Below, piece by piece: positions 55,229 to 63,805 of a stretch of 64,000 nt of DNA. Below the pieces are notes generated by a model that did not search any database, was not told the DNA's origin, and was given only the letters and a program-made list of their open reading frames with translations. The translations under genes were made by a program, and so were the position numbers. The stretch comes from a phage: sequence record PZ445554.1; one strand, given 5' to 3'. How positions within the stretch are numbered: position 1 is the first letter of the stretch; each line of letters opens with the position of its first letter.

Positions 55229-55633
55229 TCAATTTTCAATTTTACTAAATACACAGAATATGATGGAAAAGACTATATAAGCACCGCATACAGATTGAAC
55301 TAATACCATTCCAAAGAACCAAACAATATTATCAAACAGTGTCTGTTTTACGTCGAAAGGACGTAAACTTACAGTAATATTATCACCTTTTTCTATTGAA
55401 GAATACATCTCTGGTGAAATATATTCGCTAAATCTATAACCGTCTTTGAGTTCATATACGGCAATAAACGATAAACTAGACCCCTTTCCTTGAGTTCCTG
55501 TAAGGGTATTAACTACAGTAACATCATAATCTTTATAATGCATATAATCATTAATTGCGTAATAACCATATGCAACTACTACACATAAACAGCATATCAA
55601 TAAATTCAATCTTTTAATTATCAACTGTTTCAT
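55229..55633 (-). CDS. Membrane protein (134 aa)
   Basis: ORF track; N- and C-terminal hydrophobic segments. Confidence 0.55.
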   Translation of the reverse strand: MKQLIIKRLNLLICCLCVVVAYGYYAINDYMHYKDYDVTVVNTLTGTQGKGSSLSFIAVYELKDGYRFSEYISPEMYSSIEKGDNITVSLRPFDVKQTLFDNIVWFFGMVLVQSVCGAYIVFSIIFCVFSKIEN

Positions 55634-55691
55634 AATAATAATCTCAATTAAAAGGGCTTAGAACCATTATACCATCCTTGGTATAAAGCGG

Positions 55692-56219
55692 TTATGCGAG
55701 TACCGTCTTTAACCGTTCTTCAAACTTCCGAAGAGTATTTTGGCGTTCAGCTCTTTGCTTTTTGTAAGTTTCAATACGCTCTGAAATGAGATTGTATCGT
55801 TCATTTACTGATTCTTTCATAAAATCAGGAATTTCACGAGAAGCTTTAATCTCGTCAAATTTATCAATAACAGCTTGCTCTTCAGCAATTAAGTTATCAT
55901 ACATCAAAATATCTTTCTTGATGAACTCAATATCTTCTTGAGTTACACGAGATAATTTAGATGCTTTATCCTTTTTGTACTGTTCGTTAGTATCACGAGA
56001 CCAGTGTAATGTACGATTTTTATTCGTATTCTTGTAAATTTCTACAATACCAATCTCATCGATAATAACGATCCAATTCCAACGGGATTTGTAAATTTGT
56101 CCTCCATCAACCGTGATTTCACCTCCGATTGAGATGTCATTAAAGAACTTGCTTTGTGCTTCAGATTTAAATTTACCATCGTTGTAATTTACCAGGTTGA
56201 AAATATCTTTAGCGTTCAT
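55692..56219 (-). CDS. Hypothetical protein with C-terminal coiled coil (175 aa)
   Basis: ORF track; ATG after conserved leader GGAGGAACACAAA. Confidence 0.55.
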   Translation of the reverse strand: MNAKDIFNLVNYNDGKFKSEAQSKFFNDISIGGEITVDGGQIYKSRWNWIVIIDEIGIVEIYKNTNKNRTLHWSRDTNEQYKKDKASKLSRVTQEDIEFIKKDILMYDNLIAEEQAVIDKFDEIKASREIPDFMKESVNERYNLISERIETYKKQRAERQNTLRKFEERLKTVLA

Positions 56220-56246
56220 TTTGTGTTCCTCCGTAGTTGATAGTTG

Positions 56247-56277
56247 TATAGTACCACAGAGGAACAGTCTTGTAAAC
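56247..56277 (-). promoter_or_regulatory. T4-type early promoter with conserved leader
   Basis: Minus-strand GTTTACAAGACTGTTCCTCTGTGGTACTATACAACTATCAACTACGGAGG. Confidence 0.55.
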
Positions 56278-56279
56278 CA

Positions 56280-56594
56280 CTAAAAGAAACTTCTTTCACA
56301 ATTTTTTCCACTGAACCACGCGCTCACTGCTTTCTTAGTCTCAGGAGCAGTGTTATCCATAAACCATTCAAAGGCAGCCTTTTTATGATTCTGGAGGGCT
56401 TCTCGGGCTTTAATCTGCTCACGGTCTATTAACACTAACATATGAGCCTTTCTTGTCACCAAGGGCTTCTTATGATTCTTGGAGTATTCCCAGTCATTTG
56501 TCCAACGCATTGTCGTTGCGAACTGATGAACCGCGTCTTTAATTTTAGTTTCGTAAATTTCACGAGCCTTTGAGTATAACATCACTACCTCCAT
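56280..56594 (-). CDS. Hypothetical protein (104 aa)
   Basis: ORF track; ATG after GGAGG. Confidence 0.5.
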   Translation of the reverse strand: MEVVMLYSKAREIYETKIKDAVHQFATTMRWTNDWEYSKNHKKPLVTRKAHMLVLIDREQIKAREALQNHKKAAFEWFMDNTAPETKKAVSAWFSGKNCERSFF

Positions 56595-56683
56595 TTACCA
56601 GTTTAATTCTAATCATCTTTTTGATGGCAGTCCATATAATCTATTTCTGAACTGCCTTTTTGTCATAGAAGGCCTCTTATGAA

Positions 56684-57652
56684 TTATTTCAGAAGAGTAA
56701 CCTCAGCAATTTCTTCCCAACCGTTTTTGTCGGTCATAATAAAGTCAGCAAGATAAAGTGCAGTACGCAGTGAAACATTGCGTAAACGATTAACATTGAC
56801 TTTCATCCATGATAATGCTTTATAAGTTTCTTCATCAGAAAGACCGCGCTTTTGCATCATGTCAGTTGAAAGAATAACATCTTCAACCCTGACCATAATT
56901 TCTTCATTAGTGTGAACACCCAAATCCAAATAAACTGAGCGGGACACTAATGCTTGTAAATGTGGAGCAAGTTTAGTACCACGGTCTAATTCGCGGTCAA
57001 TATCAACGTTTGTGATAAAAACAATTGTTCCTTTAAATTCAAACTCACGGTCAATGCCTTTTTCTTCTAAGTAAGAAGATGCAGTACTCCAGCAGACTTT
57101 ACGGGTCTCTCCAGTGTCCAGAGCAGCTTTCAGAAGATTAAGAATGTCCATATCAGAGAAAACATCCACATCATCAATCAAAAGGACAGAATTCTCTTCA
57201 CGATTATTCCAAAGCTGCTCATAAAGACCGATACCAGAGATTTTACCATTAATGCTTTTATACTCAATGTATCCAATATCATTTGCTTTATTTAAAGCTT
57301 TATCTAAAGAATACGTTTTACCAATACCCGCCGCACCAGAGATAATTAATGAACGAATGTTTCCGTTAATAATACCATTCGTCATCATTCCCATAACATT
57401 AAATCTTTTATTAATGCGGGTTTTCATATCTTCATATGATTCTTTAACTTCTTCAACTTTTACGCCATCATATGAAATGTCTGATTTGTAAACCCAAACA
57501 CCGCGACGTTTACCGTCAATTTCAACAAAAACTTTACCATCTCCTTGTGCATCTACCGGAGCATTATCTGGGAACCATTCGCCTAAGAGCTCAAAAGTTC
57601 CAGAGATTTCTTTACCGAAGTAGATACCCTTATTGATAGTTACAGTTTTCAT
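56684..57652 (-). CDS. P-loop NTPase (AAA-like ATPase), unknown function
   Basis: ORF track 56684..57664; ATG at 57652 after conserved leader; Walker A GAAGIGKT, Walker B VLLIDDVD. Confidence 0.65.
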   Translation of the reverse strand: MKTVTINKGIYFGKEISGTFELLGEWFPDNAPVDAQGDGKVFVEIDGKRRGVWVYKSDISYDGVKVEEVKESYEDMKTRINKRFNVMGMMTNGIINGNIRSLIISGAAGIGKTYSLDKALNKANDIGYIEYKSINGKISGIGLYEQLWNNREENSVLLIDDVDVFSDMDILNLLKAALDTGETRKVCWSTASSYLEEKGIDREFEFKGTIVFITNVDIDRELDRGTKLAPHLQALVSRSVYLDLGVHTNEEIMVRVEDVILSTDMMQKRGLSDEETYKALSWMKVNVNRLRNVSLRTALYLADFIMTDKNGWEEIAEVTLLK

Positions 57653-57685
57653 TTTATTCTCCAAATCCGTATCAGTTGATAGTTG

Positions 57686-57716
57686 TATAGTACCATAAAG
57701 CTTTATGCTTGTAAAC
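57686..57716 (-). promoter_or_regulatory. T4-type early promoter with conserved leader
   Basis: Minus-strand GTTTACAAGCATAAAGCTTTATGGTACTATACAACTATCAACTGATACGGATTTGGAG. Confidence 0.55.
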
Positions 57717-57746
57717 CGTTTTGTGAAAAATTTTTGAAATAAAAAA

Positions 57747-57764
57747 GGGAGCCCGAAGGCTCCC
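57747..57764 (-). terminator. UUCG-tetraloop hairpin (GGGAGCC-CGAA-GGCTCCC)
   Basis: Perfect 7 bp inverted repeat directly after upstream gene stop. Confidence 0.5.
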
Positions 57765-57766
57765 TA

Positions 57767-58780
57767 TCATTTATAATAACTTCGGTGGTTTTCAAGATAG
57801 ACCTTCTCAAGGAAGTCATCCCAGAAACCCATGTCTACTTTTTGCTGCATACCGTTCTTAGAAGCTTCAGTAGATGCTGCTTCTACTTGATCGACCACAT
57901 CTTCCAAAAACTCTTGAACTGTTTTAAATGGATGCTTACCCAACTTCACGTCGAGAATAAATGGAGCATCTTGGAGTGGATAAACCAAGTCACCGGTTTT
58001 GTAAATTTCCAATAGTTGAAGTCCACCACGACAAGCATGGCTCAGAGCTTTCCAGTCAATACCTTCATTGGCTTCGGCCTTACGAGCACGTTCACCATAT
58101 TCAGCATCTAATTTGTTCAGTGACTGCTTAAGCTCAATAAGAGAAAGAGTTGTCTGATATTTACGACCCAACACAGTGTAGAACGTTTGTGGGCCTGTTT
58201 TCTCATGATTATAGAACACCCATTCACAGAATTCGTTTTCTGGAAGACGATGCTTAATATCTTCAACTTTAGTACGACGCTGCTTAATGGAACCGTCTTC
58301 TTGGTAATCAACCCATTGCTCAGGGATTTGATTAACTACTTTCAATACATCACGTAATGCAGCCAAACGAGAACCCTTGACACCGTATTTAGAAGCTTGC
58401 TTACGGACATATCCTAAATAGGATTTCATGTTAGTCGTATAAAAACGAGAACGGTTGTCTTGAATAAACTTCCACACGTCAGGCAAATCAGATTTAACCA
58501 CTAGCTCAGGTGGAGTGTGAAGCATATCCAATGCTACAGTTTCACCATCTGCTGCTAATTTAAAGAAATATTTAAGACTGTATAGTTCATGGTCAATATC
58601 ATCTTTAGTGTTTTTAGATGATGTGTTGTTAGTGTTTTTACTCATGTGCTCTTTGACATTTCCGATAAGAATATCGCGAGCAGGAGGAACAAAGATTTCT
58701 TTAAAATCTATATCAGATTCTGGGGTAGAAGTTCCATAAAGATGACTACCAAAATAGCTTTTCATTACTGTTTTCATCAT
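57767..58780 (-). CDS. Protein with Pol-beta-type nucleotidyltransferase signature (337 aa), unknown function
   Basis: ORF track; N-terminal GSHLYGTSTPESDIDF fits hG[GS]x9-13Dh[DE]h; family assignment inferred. Confidence 0.6.
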   Translation of the reverse strand: MMKTVMKSYFGSHLYGTSTPESDIDFKEIFVPPARDILIGNVKEHMSKNTNNTSSKNTKDDIDHELYSLKYFFKLAADGETVALDMLHTPPELVVKSDLPDVWKFIQDNRSRFYTTNMKSYLGYVRKQASKYGVKGSRLAALRDVLKVVNQIPEQWVDYQEDGSIKQRRTKVEDIKHRLPENEFCEWVFYNHEKTGPQTFYTVLGRKYQTTLSLIELKQSLNKLDAEYGERARKAEANEGIDWKALSHACRGGLQLLEIYKTGDLVYPLQDAPFILDVKLGKHPFKTVQEFLEDVVDQVEAASTEASKNGMQQKVDMGFWDDFLEKVYLENHRSYYK

Positions 58781-59238
58781 TCAGCCTTATATTCAATAAC
58801 AGGACATACTTTAGCTTTACGAGCTTTTAAAAATTCAACGATAACCGATTTCTTGGGTTGAATAGGAGGTAAACCTTTATACGCCCTATCAATATTTTCT
58901 ACGTGTAAAGCATAATCCTTTTTCCATTTATAATCTTTATATTTTTCACGCAAATGTGCAGGAATAACAAATGAACCAATAATAAGTAAAACAACCAAAA
59001 GCGCAAGTATAAATGCCGATGGAAGAAGAGTCCATAAACTACCAAAAATAAGCCAGCGCTGTAAACTTTCTGCACAAATAATTGTTAGCCCTACGAGTAT
59101 AGCACACCCAAAAATAGAAACGAAAAATGTAGGGATAACAATAGACCAAAAATATGCGCATAGTGTCTTAGGTCGTTGCCATTCATCGTTAAACAATTTG
59201 AATAATTTATAATGCCAAGAGTTTTCATTAATAATCAT
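58777..59238 (-). CDS. Multi-pass membrane protein (153 aa)
   Basis: ORF track; several hydrophobic segments; ATGA overlap with upstream gene. Confidence 0.55.
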   Translation of the reverse strand: MIINENSWHYKLFKLFNDEWQRPKTLCAYFWSIVIPTFFVSIFGCAILVGLTIICAESLQRWLIFGSLWTLLPSAFILALLVVLLIIGSFVIPAHLREKYKDYKWKKDYALHVENIDRAYKGLPPIQPKKSVIVEFLKARKAKVCPVIEYKAE

Positions 59239-59240
59239 AA

Positions 59241-59762
59241 TTATCCTTTCATTGAAGGTGTAACAGTTGTTAAATACTTAATCATAGCTTCAGCTTCTGA
59301 TTTTGATAATGAAATTTCTCCATTGTTTTGACGAATAGAAATAAAATCCGGATGACGGTCACCACCAGCTTTTAAAACACACATATAAGTATCAACTTCG
59401 CCTTCAATATTTGAAATGATTGAAGCAGTTCCACATGAATGCGGTTTTTGATAAATCAATACAGCTTTTCTTCCGCCATTTGACTGCTCATAGGCTTTTA
59501 ATACATCAAGCAAATCAGTTCTTTTATCAATAGCTAAAATGTTATTTTCATCTTCAATGTTAAATCCTTCAGATACTTCATAAAGCGTTACCCATAAATC
59601 ACCAATGTCAATAACAGCATTTACTTTTCCACGGCTTTCAAGAGTATGACAAATTTTCTTGATTTCGTCATAACTCATTTTAATAATATCATCTCCTTGA
59701 CTAAGGAAGATGTCATTTTTAAATTCAACACGAATTAAACCACTTCCACTTGAAATAAACAT
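59241..59762 (-). CDS. Hypothetical protein (173 aa), tandem paralog A
   Basis: ORF track; C-terminus SKSEAEAMIKYLTTVTPSM parallels next gene. Confidence 0.55.
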   Translation of the reverse strand: MFISSGSGLIRVEFKNDIFLSQGDDIIKMSYDEIKKICHTLESRGKVNAVIDIGDLWVTLYEVSEGFNIEDENNILAIDKRTDLLDVLKAYEQSNGGRKAVLIYQKPHSCGTASIISNIEGEVDTYMCVLKAGGDRHPDFISIRQNNGEISLSKSEAEAMIKYLTTVTPSMKG

Positions 59763-59768
59763 ATTTCC

Positions 59769-60314
59769 TCACTTTGAAATCATAGTTGGAATAACAGAAT
59801 CAAGATAAGTCTTTAACGCAATAGCTTCATCTTTGTTTAATGTAATGATATGTGATCGAAAATCGTCAATTTGACGAATAGATACTACATCTCCCTCTTC
59901 ATAGCATTTTGACACATTTAAAATAGTTTCATCATTCTGATTATAGGAGTTAGTAATAATAGCATTGCAATTTTTGAGCCATTTTAAACTATGTTTTCTT
60001 TCATTAGAATAATAAAAATATTTAATCTTAGCTATAAAACTATCCCAATGGATAACTGATAAACACATTGACTCACTTTTAATATTAAATCCTGGGCATG
60101 AAGAATAAAAATGAATTTTGTGCTCATCATTGATGCTTACTATTTTATCAGTATAAGGATATTCAATTTGGGTTAAATGAATAATTTCACTAGGTGTAAA
60201 ATACAGCATATCGTCTTCTTGCGTCAAACGATACATATTATTTACTTTTTCTATAGCCAATTCACCAAAAAGTGGACTAACTTCTAATACTAATCGTTTC
60301 GCCTCGCTCATCAT
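59769..60314 (-). CDS. Hypothetical protein (181 aa), tandem paralog B
   Basis: ORF track; C-terminus NKDEAIALKTYLDSVIPTM. Confidence 0.55.
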   Translation of the reverse strand: MMSEAKRLVLEVSPLFGELAIEKVNNMYRLTQEDDMLYFTPSEIIHLTQIEYPYTDKIVSINDEHKIHFYSSCPGFNIKSESMCLSVIHWDSFIAKIKYFYYSNERKHSLKWLKNCNAIITNSYNQNDETILNVSKCYEEGDVVSIRQIDDFRSHIITLNKDEAIALKTYLDSVIPTMISK

Positions 60315-60418
60315 TACATACTCCTTTGAATCATATCAATAATATTGTTCACCAGATTATAGGTAAACAAAGGATAATTATATTGAATCATCACATACAC
60401 AACAAACAAAATTTTCAT
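60314..60418 (-). CDS. Small hydrophobic peptide (34 aa), not in ORF track
   Basis: GAGGAGAAGAGA then ATG; MKILFVVYVMIQYNYPLFTYNLVNNIIDMIQRSM. Confidence 0.3.
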   Translation of the reverse strand: MKILFVVYVMIQYNYPLFTYNLVNNIIDMIQRSM

Positions 60419-60447
60419 TCTCTTCTCCTCAGCAGTTGACAAGATTA

Positions 60448-60476
60448 CTATACCATAACCTTGCCAACTTGTAAAC
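60448..60476 (-). promoter_or_regulatory. T4-type early promoter
   Basis: Minus-strand GTTTACAAGTTGGCAAGGTTATGGTATAGTAATC. Confidence 0.5.
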
Positions 60477-60478
60477 CA

Positions 60479-60652
60479 TTAAATGACGTTTTCGATAAAA
60501 TTCTGAAGCTTTGTATGAGCATCAACCATGATTTTCATTTCTTCTTTGGCGAAAGCTATACCTCTTTCCCGAGAAGAACATTCATAGTCAGAAACTGCAT
60601 TAGCGTATTCTTCAATTAGCTTCATTAAAAACATCTGCTTTTCAGTTTTCAT
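60479..60652 (-). CDS. Hypothetical protein (57 aa), not in ORF track
   Basis: GGTGGA Shine-Dalgarno; MKTEKQMFLMKLIEEYANAVSDYECSSRERG. Confidence 0.4.
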   Translation of the reverse strand: MKTEKQMFLMKLIEEYANAVSDYECSSRERGIAFAKEEMKIMVDAHTKLQNFIENVI

Positions 60653-60836
60653 TATTCCACCTAATCATTTCAAGATATTGAACTAACTTAGCTTTAGATT
60701 TATCCAAATCCTTTTTAGCTGCTTCTATACCGTCGTATGAATATCCTTCACAATGCTCAACTGCTAATTGATATGAATCTATTTCAATATCACGTGCTAA
60801 TTTAATGATTTTTTCAAACTGTTCGCGTGTTAGCAT
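60642..60836 (-). CDS. Small helical protein (64 aa)
   Basis: ORF track; ATG confirmed. Confidence 0.5.
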   Translation of the reverse strand: MLTREQFEKIIKLARDIEIDSYQLAVEHCEGYSYDGIEAAKKDLDKSKAKLVQYLEMIRWNNEN

Positions 60837-60838
60837 AC

Positions 60839-61042
60839 TTAAACTCTCGTATTATGATCGATAATTTCATCAAGAAACATATCTAACGCTTCTACAGCAT
60901 TATTAACTTTATCTTCAAGTTCTTCAATACCTTTATTTGCAATGCCTGACGAAAACCAAGCAAAGTCACTAAGTTCCTCATCTGCTTTACGAATTAAAGC
61001 TACCAATTCCTTAATTTTATCCGCTTGTTCGATACTAATCAT
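60839..61042 (-). CDS. Small helical protein (67 aa)
   Basis: ORF track 60839..61078 (GTG); ATG at 61042 (TAATG overlap). Confidence 0.45.
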   Translation of the reverse strand: MISIEQADKIKELVALIRKADEELSDFAWFSSGIANKGIEELEDKVNNAVEALDMFLDEIIDHNTRV

Positions 61043-61230
61043 TATTCTACCACATATGAAAGAGAGAATATTGCACACGCCATGTGAGTTGCAACTTCAT
61101 CACACATATTATAACGTTTCTTAAGAAGTTCTACAAGTTCTTCACTAGTAACTTCATCCATGTCGACGAAAAAATCACCATTAATGATGACGTAGATATT
61201 TCCTTCTTGATTGAGTGCTTCAATTTTCAT
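61042..61230 (-). CDS. Small protein (62 aa)
   Basis: ORF track 61042..61275; first 15 codons are translated leader; ATG at 61230 after AGAGGAG. Confidence 0.5.
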
Positions 61231-61256
61231 GATGTTCTCCTCTTTATCTGATAGTT

Positions 61257-61288
61257 GTATAGTACCACAACTCAAACGGAAAGTAAAC
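61257..61288 (-). promoter_or_regulatory. T4-type early promoter with conserved leader
   Basis: Minus-strand GTTTACTTTCCGTTTGAGTTGTGGTACTATACAACTATCAGATAAAGAGGAG. Confidence 0.55.
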
Positions 61289-61303
61289 CGGTAAAATGAA
61301 AAA

Positions 61304-61321
61304 AGTCTCCCGAAGGAGACT
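61304..61321 (-). terminator. UUCG-tetraloop hairpin (GTCTCC-CGAA-GGAGAC)
   Basis: Perfect inverted repeat after stop of 61326..61712. Confidence 0.5.
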
Positions 61322-61325
61322 AATG

Positions 61326-61712
61326 TTATTCGAGGGAAAGAAGATACTTACTCTGGTAAAACATTCCAGTAATATCATCTATCGTGCTTTGAATGGCTGG
61401 AGGCATTTCTTTATAAATGCTGTTAGATTGGTCTAGTATACGATCAATCATTTTAATTGTGTCGGTAGGAAGTTTACTGGCATTTGGAATTGAAGGTGTG
61501 TATTTTCTACCAGAATACCCCAAATATTGCTCACCAAATTTATCAATCAAATCTGGCAACTCGGAGAAAATAAAATCGTATGCTTTGTGTCTAGCATAAC
61601 TTTTAGTTTCAAAATGCGCAGAATGAAAATAAGCTTGTGCAGCCATTAATAAACCTAAGTATTCATCTGCCTTTGAAGGTTTTCCACTTTGTGAAAAGTC
61701 GCTGAATTTCAT
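61326..61712 (-). CDS. Hypothetical protein (128 aa), downstream of rI
   Basis: ORF track; ATGA overlap with rI stop. Confidence 0.55.
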
Positions 61713-62002
61713 TCAGTCTCCAATTTAATATTCATAATTCTAGCGTATGATTGTGCCATCTCCGCGCCTCGTTCTATACATTCAAAATCAGAAGAGCACG
61801 GGTCATTTTTATAGGTCGTTCTCATAAAACTATAGAATTGTTCAGACGATTCTACGCTTTTATTTTCAAAAAGCATATAAACGTGTCTAATACCAGATTC
61901 CATAAATTTATCAAAATGAGGATCGACATTCGCTTCAATCGGTGGAGATAAAGCAAACGCTAATCCTAGCATGGCAAATAGTGCCGTTGCTTTTAAGGCC
62001 AT
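61709..62002 (-). CDS. rI: Lysis-inhibition regulator RI
   Basis: ORF track 97 aa; signal-anchor MALKATALFAMLGLAFALSPPIEA; sequence matches recalled T4 RI. Confidence 0.85.
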   Translation of the reverse strand: MALKATALFAMLGLAFALSPPIEANVDPHFDKFMESGIRHVYMLFENKSVESSEQFYSFMRTTYKNDPCSSDFECIERGAEMAQSYARIMNIKLETE

Positions 62003-62014
62003 AAAGGCCTCCTA

Positions 62015-62227
62015 TCATTTTTGTCCTGTATTTACTTTATGCCGATGCACGGCCTTAACTTTATCAAGGTATTTTTCAAAATTTCGCAATCTAGTATAGT
62101 CTGCCGGAGATTGATTGAGTGATACTTCTCGACGCAAAGCTGAAATAACATTTCCAACTTCCCTACGAATTTCATCTAATTGAAGCACAGTAAGATTGCG
62201 AAGTTGCTTTTCAGTTAATTGTAGCAT
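62015..62227 (-). CDS. Hypothetical protein (70 aa)
   Basis: ORF track; ATG 25 nt downstream of a TATAAATA box. Confidence 0.5.
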   Translation of the reverse strand: MLQLTEKQLRNLTVLQLDEIRREVGNVISALRREVSLNQSPADYTRLRNFEKYLDKVKAVHRHKVNTGQK

Positions 62228-62252
62228 ATATACCCCTTTAGTTAGATAAACC

Positions 62253-62260
62253 TATTTATA
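62253..62260 (-). promoter_or_regulatory. T4 late promoter TATAAATA upstream of rI region
   Basis: Plus-strand tatttata (coordinates +/-1). Confidence 0.5.
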
Positions 62261-62269
62261 ACTTTTGCA

Positions 62270-62851
62270 CTAACCGAGCTTTTTAGTTAATTCATTCCAA
62301 TGTTTTCTACACAAGGAAACATAAATTTCATCGCCAATACAGATTTGATTACCCTCTTTAACTGGTGTTCCATCTTCCATTAATCGAGCTGTCATAATCG
62401 CTTTTTTACCACAATGACAAACTGCTTTTAGTTCAATAAGTTTATCTGCAATCGCCAAAAGTTCTTTAGAACCTTCAAACAATTTTCCAGCGAAATCAGT
62501 CCTTAGCCCATAAGCCATAACAGGAACATTATATGTATCAACAATTCGACTTAATTGATGCACTTGTTCAGTTTTTAAAAACTGAGCTTCATCTACAAAT
62601 ACGCAATGAATATCTTTTTGTGCTTCAGCCCATTTATAGAACTCAAAAATATCCATATCATCTGTAATAATATTCGCTTCCTGCTTAATTCCAATGCGAG
62701 AAACGACTTCACAGACAGAATCGCGAGTATCAATAGCAGGCTTAAGAACTAATACACTCATTCCACGTTCTTTATAATTATGTGCAGCAGTCAAAAGAGA
62801 AGCAGATTTTCCAGCATTCATTGCTGCATAAGTAAAAATTAAACTCGCCAT
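62270..62851 (-). CDS. tk: Thymidine kinase
   Basis: ORF track 193 aa; P-loop AAMNAGKS; length equals T4 Tk. Confidence 0.9.
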   Translation of the reverse strand: MASLIFTYAAMNAGKSASLLTAAHNYKERGMSVLVLKPAIDTRDSVCEVVSRIGIKQEANIITDDMDIFEFYKWAEAQKDIHCVFVDEAQFLKTEQVHQLSRIVDTYNVPVMAYGLRTDFAGKLFEGSKELLAIADKLIELKAVCHCGKKAIMTARLMEDGTPVKEGNQICIGDEIYVSLCRKHWNELTKKLG

Positions 62852-62852
62852 C

Positions 62853-63041
62853 TTAGTCCTTAGTTAAATTTTCTAAATATGTTTCTAAATCATTTTCAGC
62901 TTTATCGATAGATTTTACTAATTCGTAATATGTTTCGGCATCTCCATATTCAGAAGATATTTCAAAAGACAAATCCTTTTCTAAACTAATAATTTCACCA
63001 ACTAAAAATAATATTTCGTTCTTTTGTTCGCGAGTAATCAT
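62853..63041 (-). CDS. Small helical protein (62 aa)
   Basis: ORF track; paralogous to next ORF (S.EQK..LF.L..E). Confidence 0.5.
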   Translation of the reverse strand: MITREQKNEILFLVGEIISLEKDLSFEISSEYGDAETYYELVKSIDKAENDLETYLENLTKD

Positions 63042-63223
63042 AAGGAATTTATATAATTAATAAGTTCTTGTTCTTTATTATCGAATTCTTTAGAAAGTTC
63101 TTCGTACTCGTTTGCACTAAAAGGACCGCATTCATTACAAACTTTTTCCAATTCGCTATTTTTATCCATAACTTCGTGGATAAGAGAAAAGAGTTTGTCT
63201 TTTTGTTCTTTGCTTAGGCTCAT
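63038..63223 (-). CDS. Small helical protein (61 aa)
   Basis: ORF track; CNECG motif. Confidence 0.5.
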   Translation of the reverse strand: MSLSKEQKDKLFSLIHEVMDKNSELEKVCNECGPFSANEYEELSKEFDNKEQELINYINSL

Positions 63224-63393
63224 ATATTAATTTCCAGAAGTTTTAAAATAATTCGCTTTTGCTTAAATATTTCCATAGTTAAATGATCAGTATCTTTTTG
63301 ACCAATTCCAATGGCAAAACCTTTATTAGCAGCGAGTTCAATTAAATTATCAAGTTCACGTAACACTTCGTACTGTAACTCAGAACTATTCAT
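63220..63393 (-). CDS. Hypothetical protein (57 aa), not in ORF track
   Basis: ATGA overlaps at both ends; MNSSELQYEVLRELDNLIELAANKGFAIGIGQKD. Confidence 0.4.
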   Translation of the reverse strand: MNSSELQYEVLRELDNLIELAANKGFAIGIGQKDTDHLTMEIFKQKRIILKLLEINI

Positions 63394-63602
63394 TTCGGTT
63401 TACCTTCTTTAACGAAATCTGGATAAGGATAAAATCCCGAATAAAATCCTTCACCTTTATGATTGATGCATCCTTTATTAGAACAATAGCACCAATAATC
63501 GAAATCACAAGCCATTTCATCGTTGCATAAAGCAAAAACAACCGGCCACTTACACTTTTCACAATGGGCATTTTTAAGAATACTAGTTTGGCTCATAACC
63601 AT
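63390..63602 (-). CDS. Cys-rich small protein (70 aa), possible zinc binding
   Basis: ORF track; 8 Cys in CEKCKW...CNDEMACDFDYWCYCSNKGC. Confidence 0.5.
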   Translation of the reverse strand: MVMSQTSILKNAHCEKCKWPVVFALCNDEMACDFDYWCYCSNKGCINHKGEGFYSGFYPYPDFVKEGKPK

Positions 63603-63805
63603 GTCACCTTTAAGCAGTATTCTTCTACATGCTGTTTACGACCTTTCTTATCAATAAAGGTATATTCAACGAATGTTCCAATGTAGTCTTTATCTACATC
63701 ATGTGGACTATTAATTGGACATTTAGTACGGCAAATGCGTTCCCATTGACGAATAATTACTGCCTTATTCTTTGGGTCATACGGATGTGGATAATGTATA
63801 TTCAT
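63593..63805 (-). CDS. Hypothetical protein (70 aa)
   Basis: ORF track 63593..63820 (TTG); ATG at 63805. Confidence 0.5.
   Translation of the reverse strand: MNIHYPHPYDPKNKAVIIRQWERICRTKCPINSPHDVDKDYIGTFVEYTFIDKKGRKQHVEEYCLKVTWL

Noticed and set aside
381-61300. Possible CRISPR-like array suggested by the repeated about 35 bp element
   Set aside because: Copies are kilobases apart, each directly upstream of a gene with -35/-10 geometry; they are promoters, not a CRISPR array.
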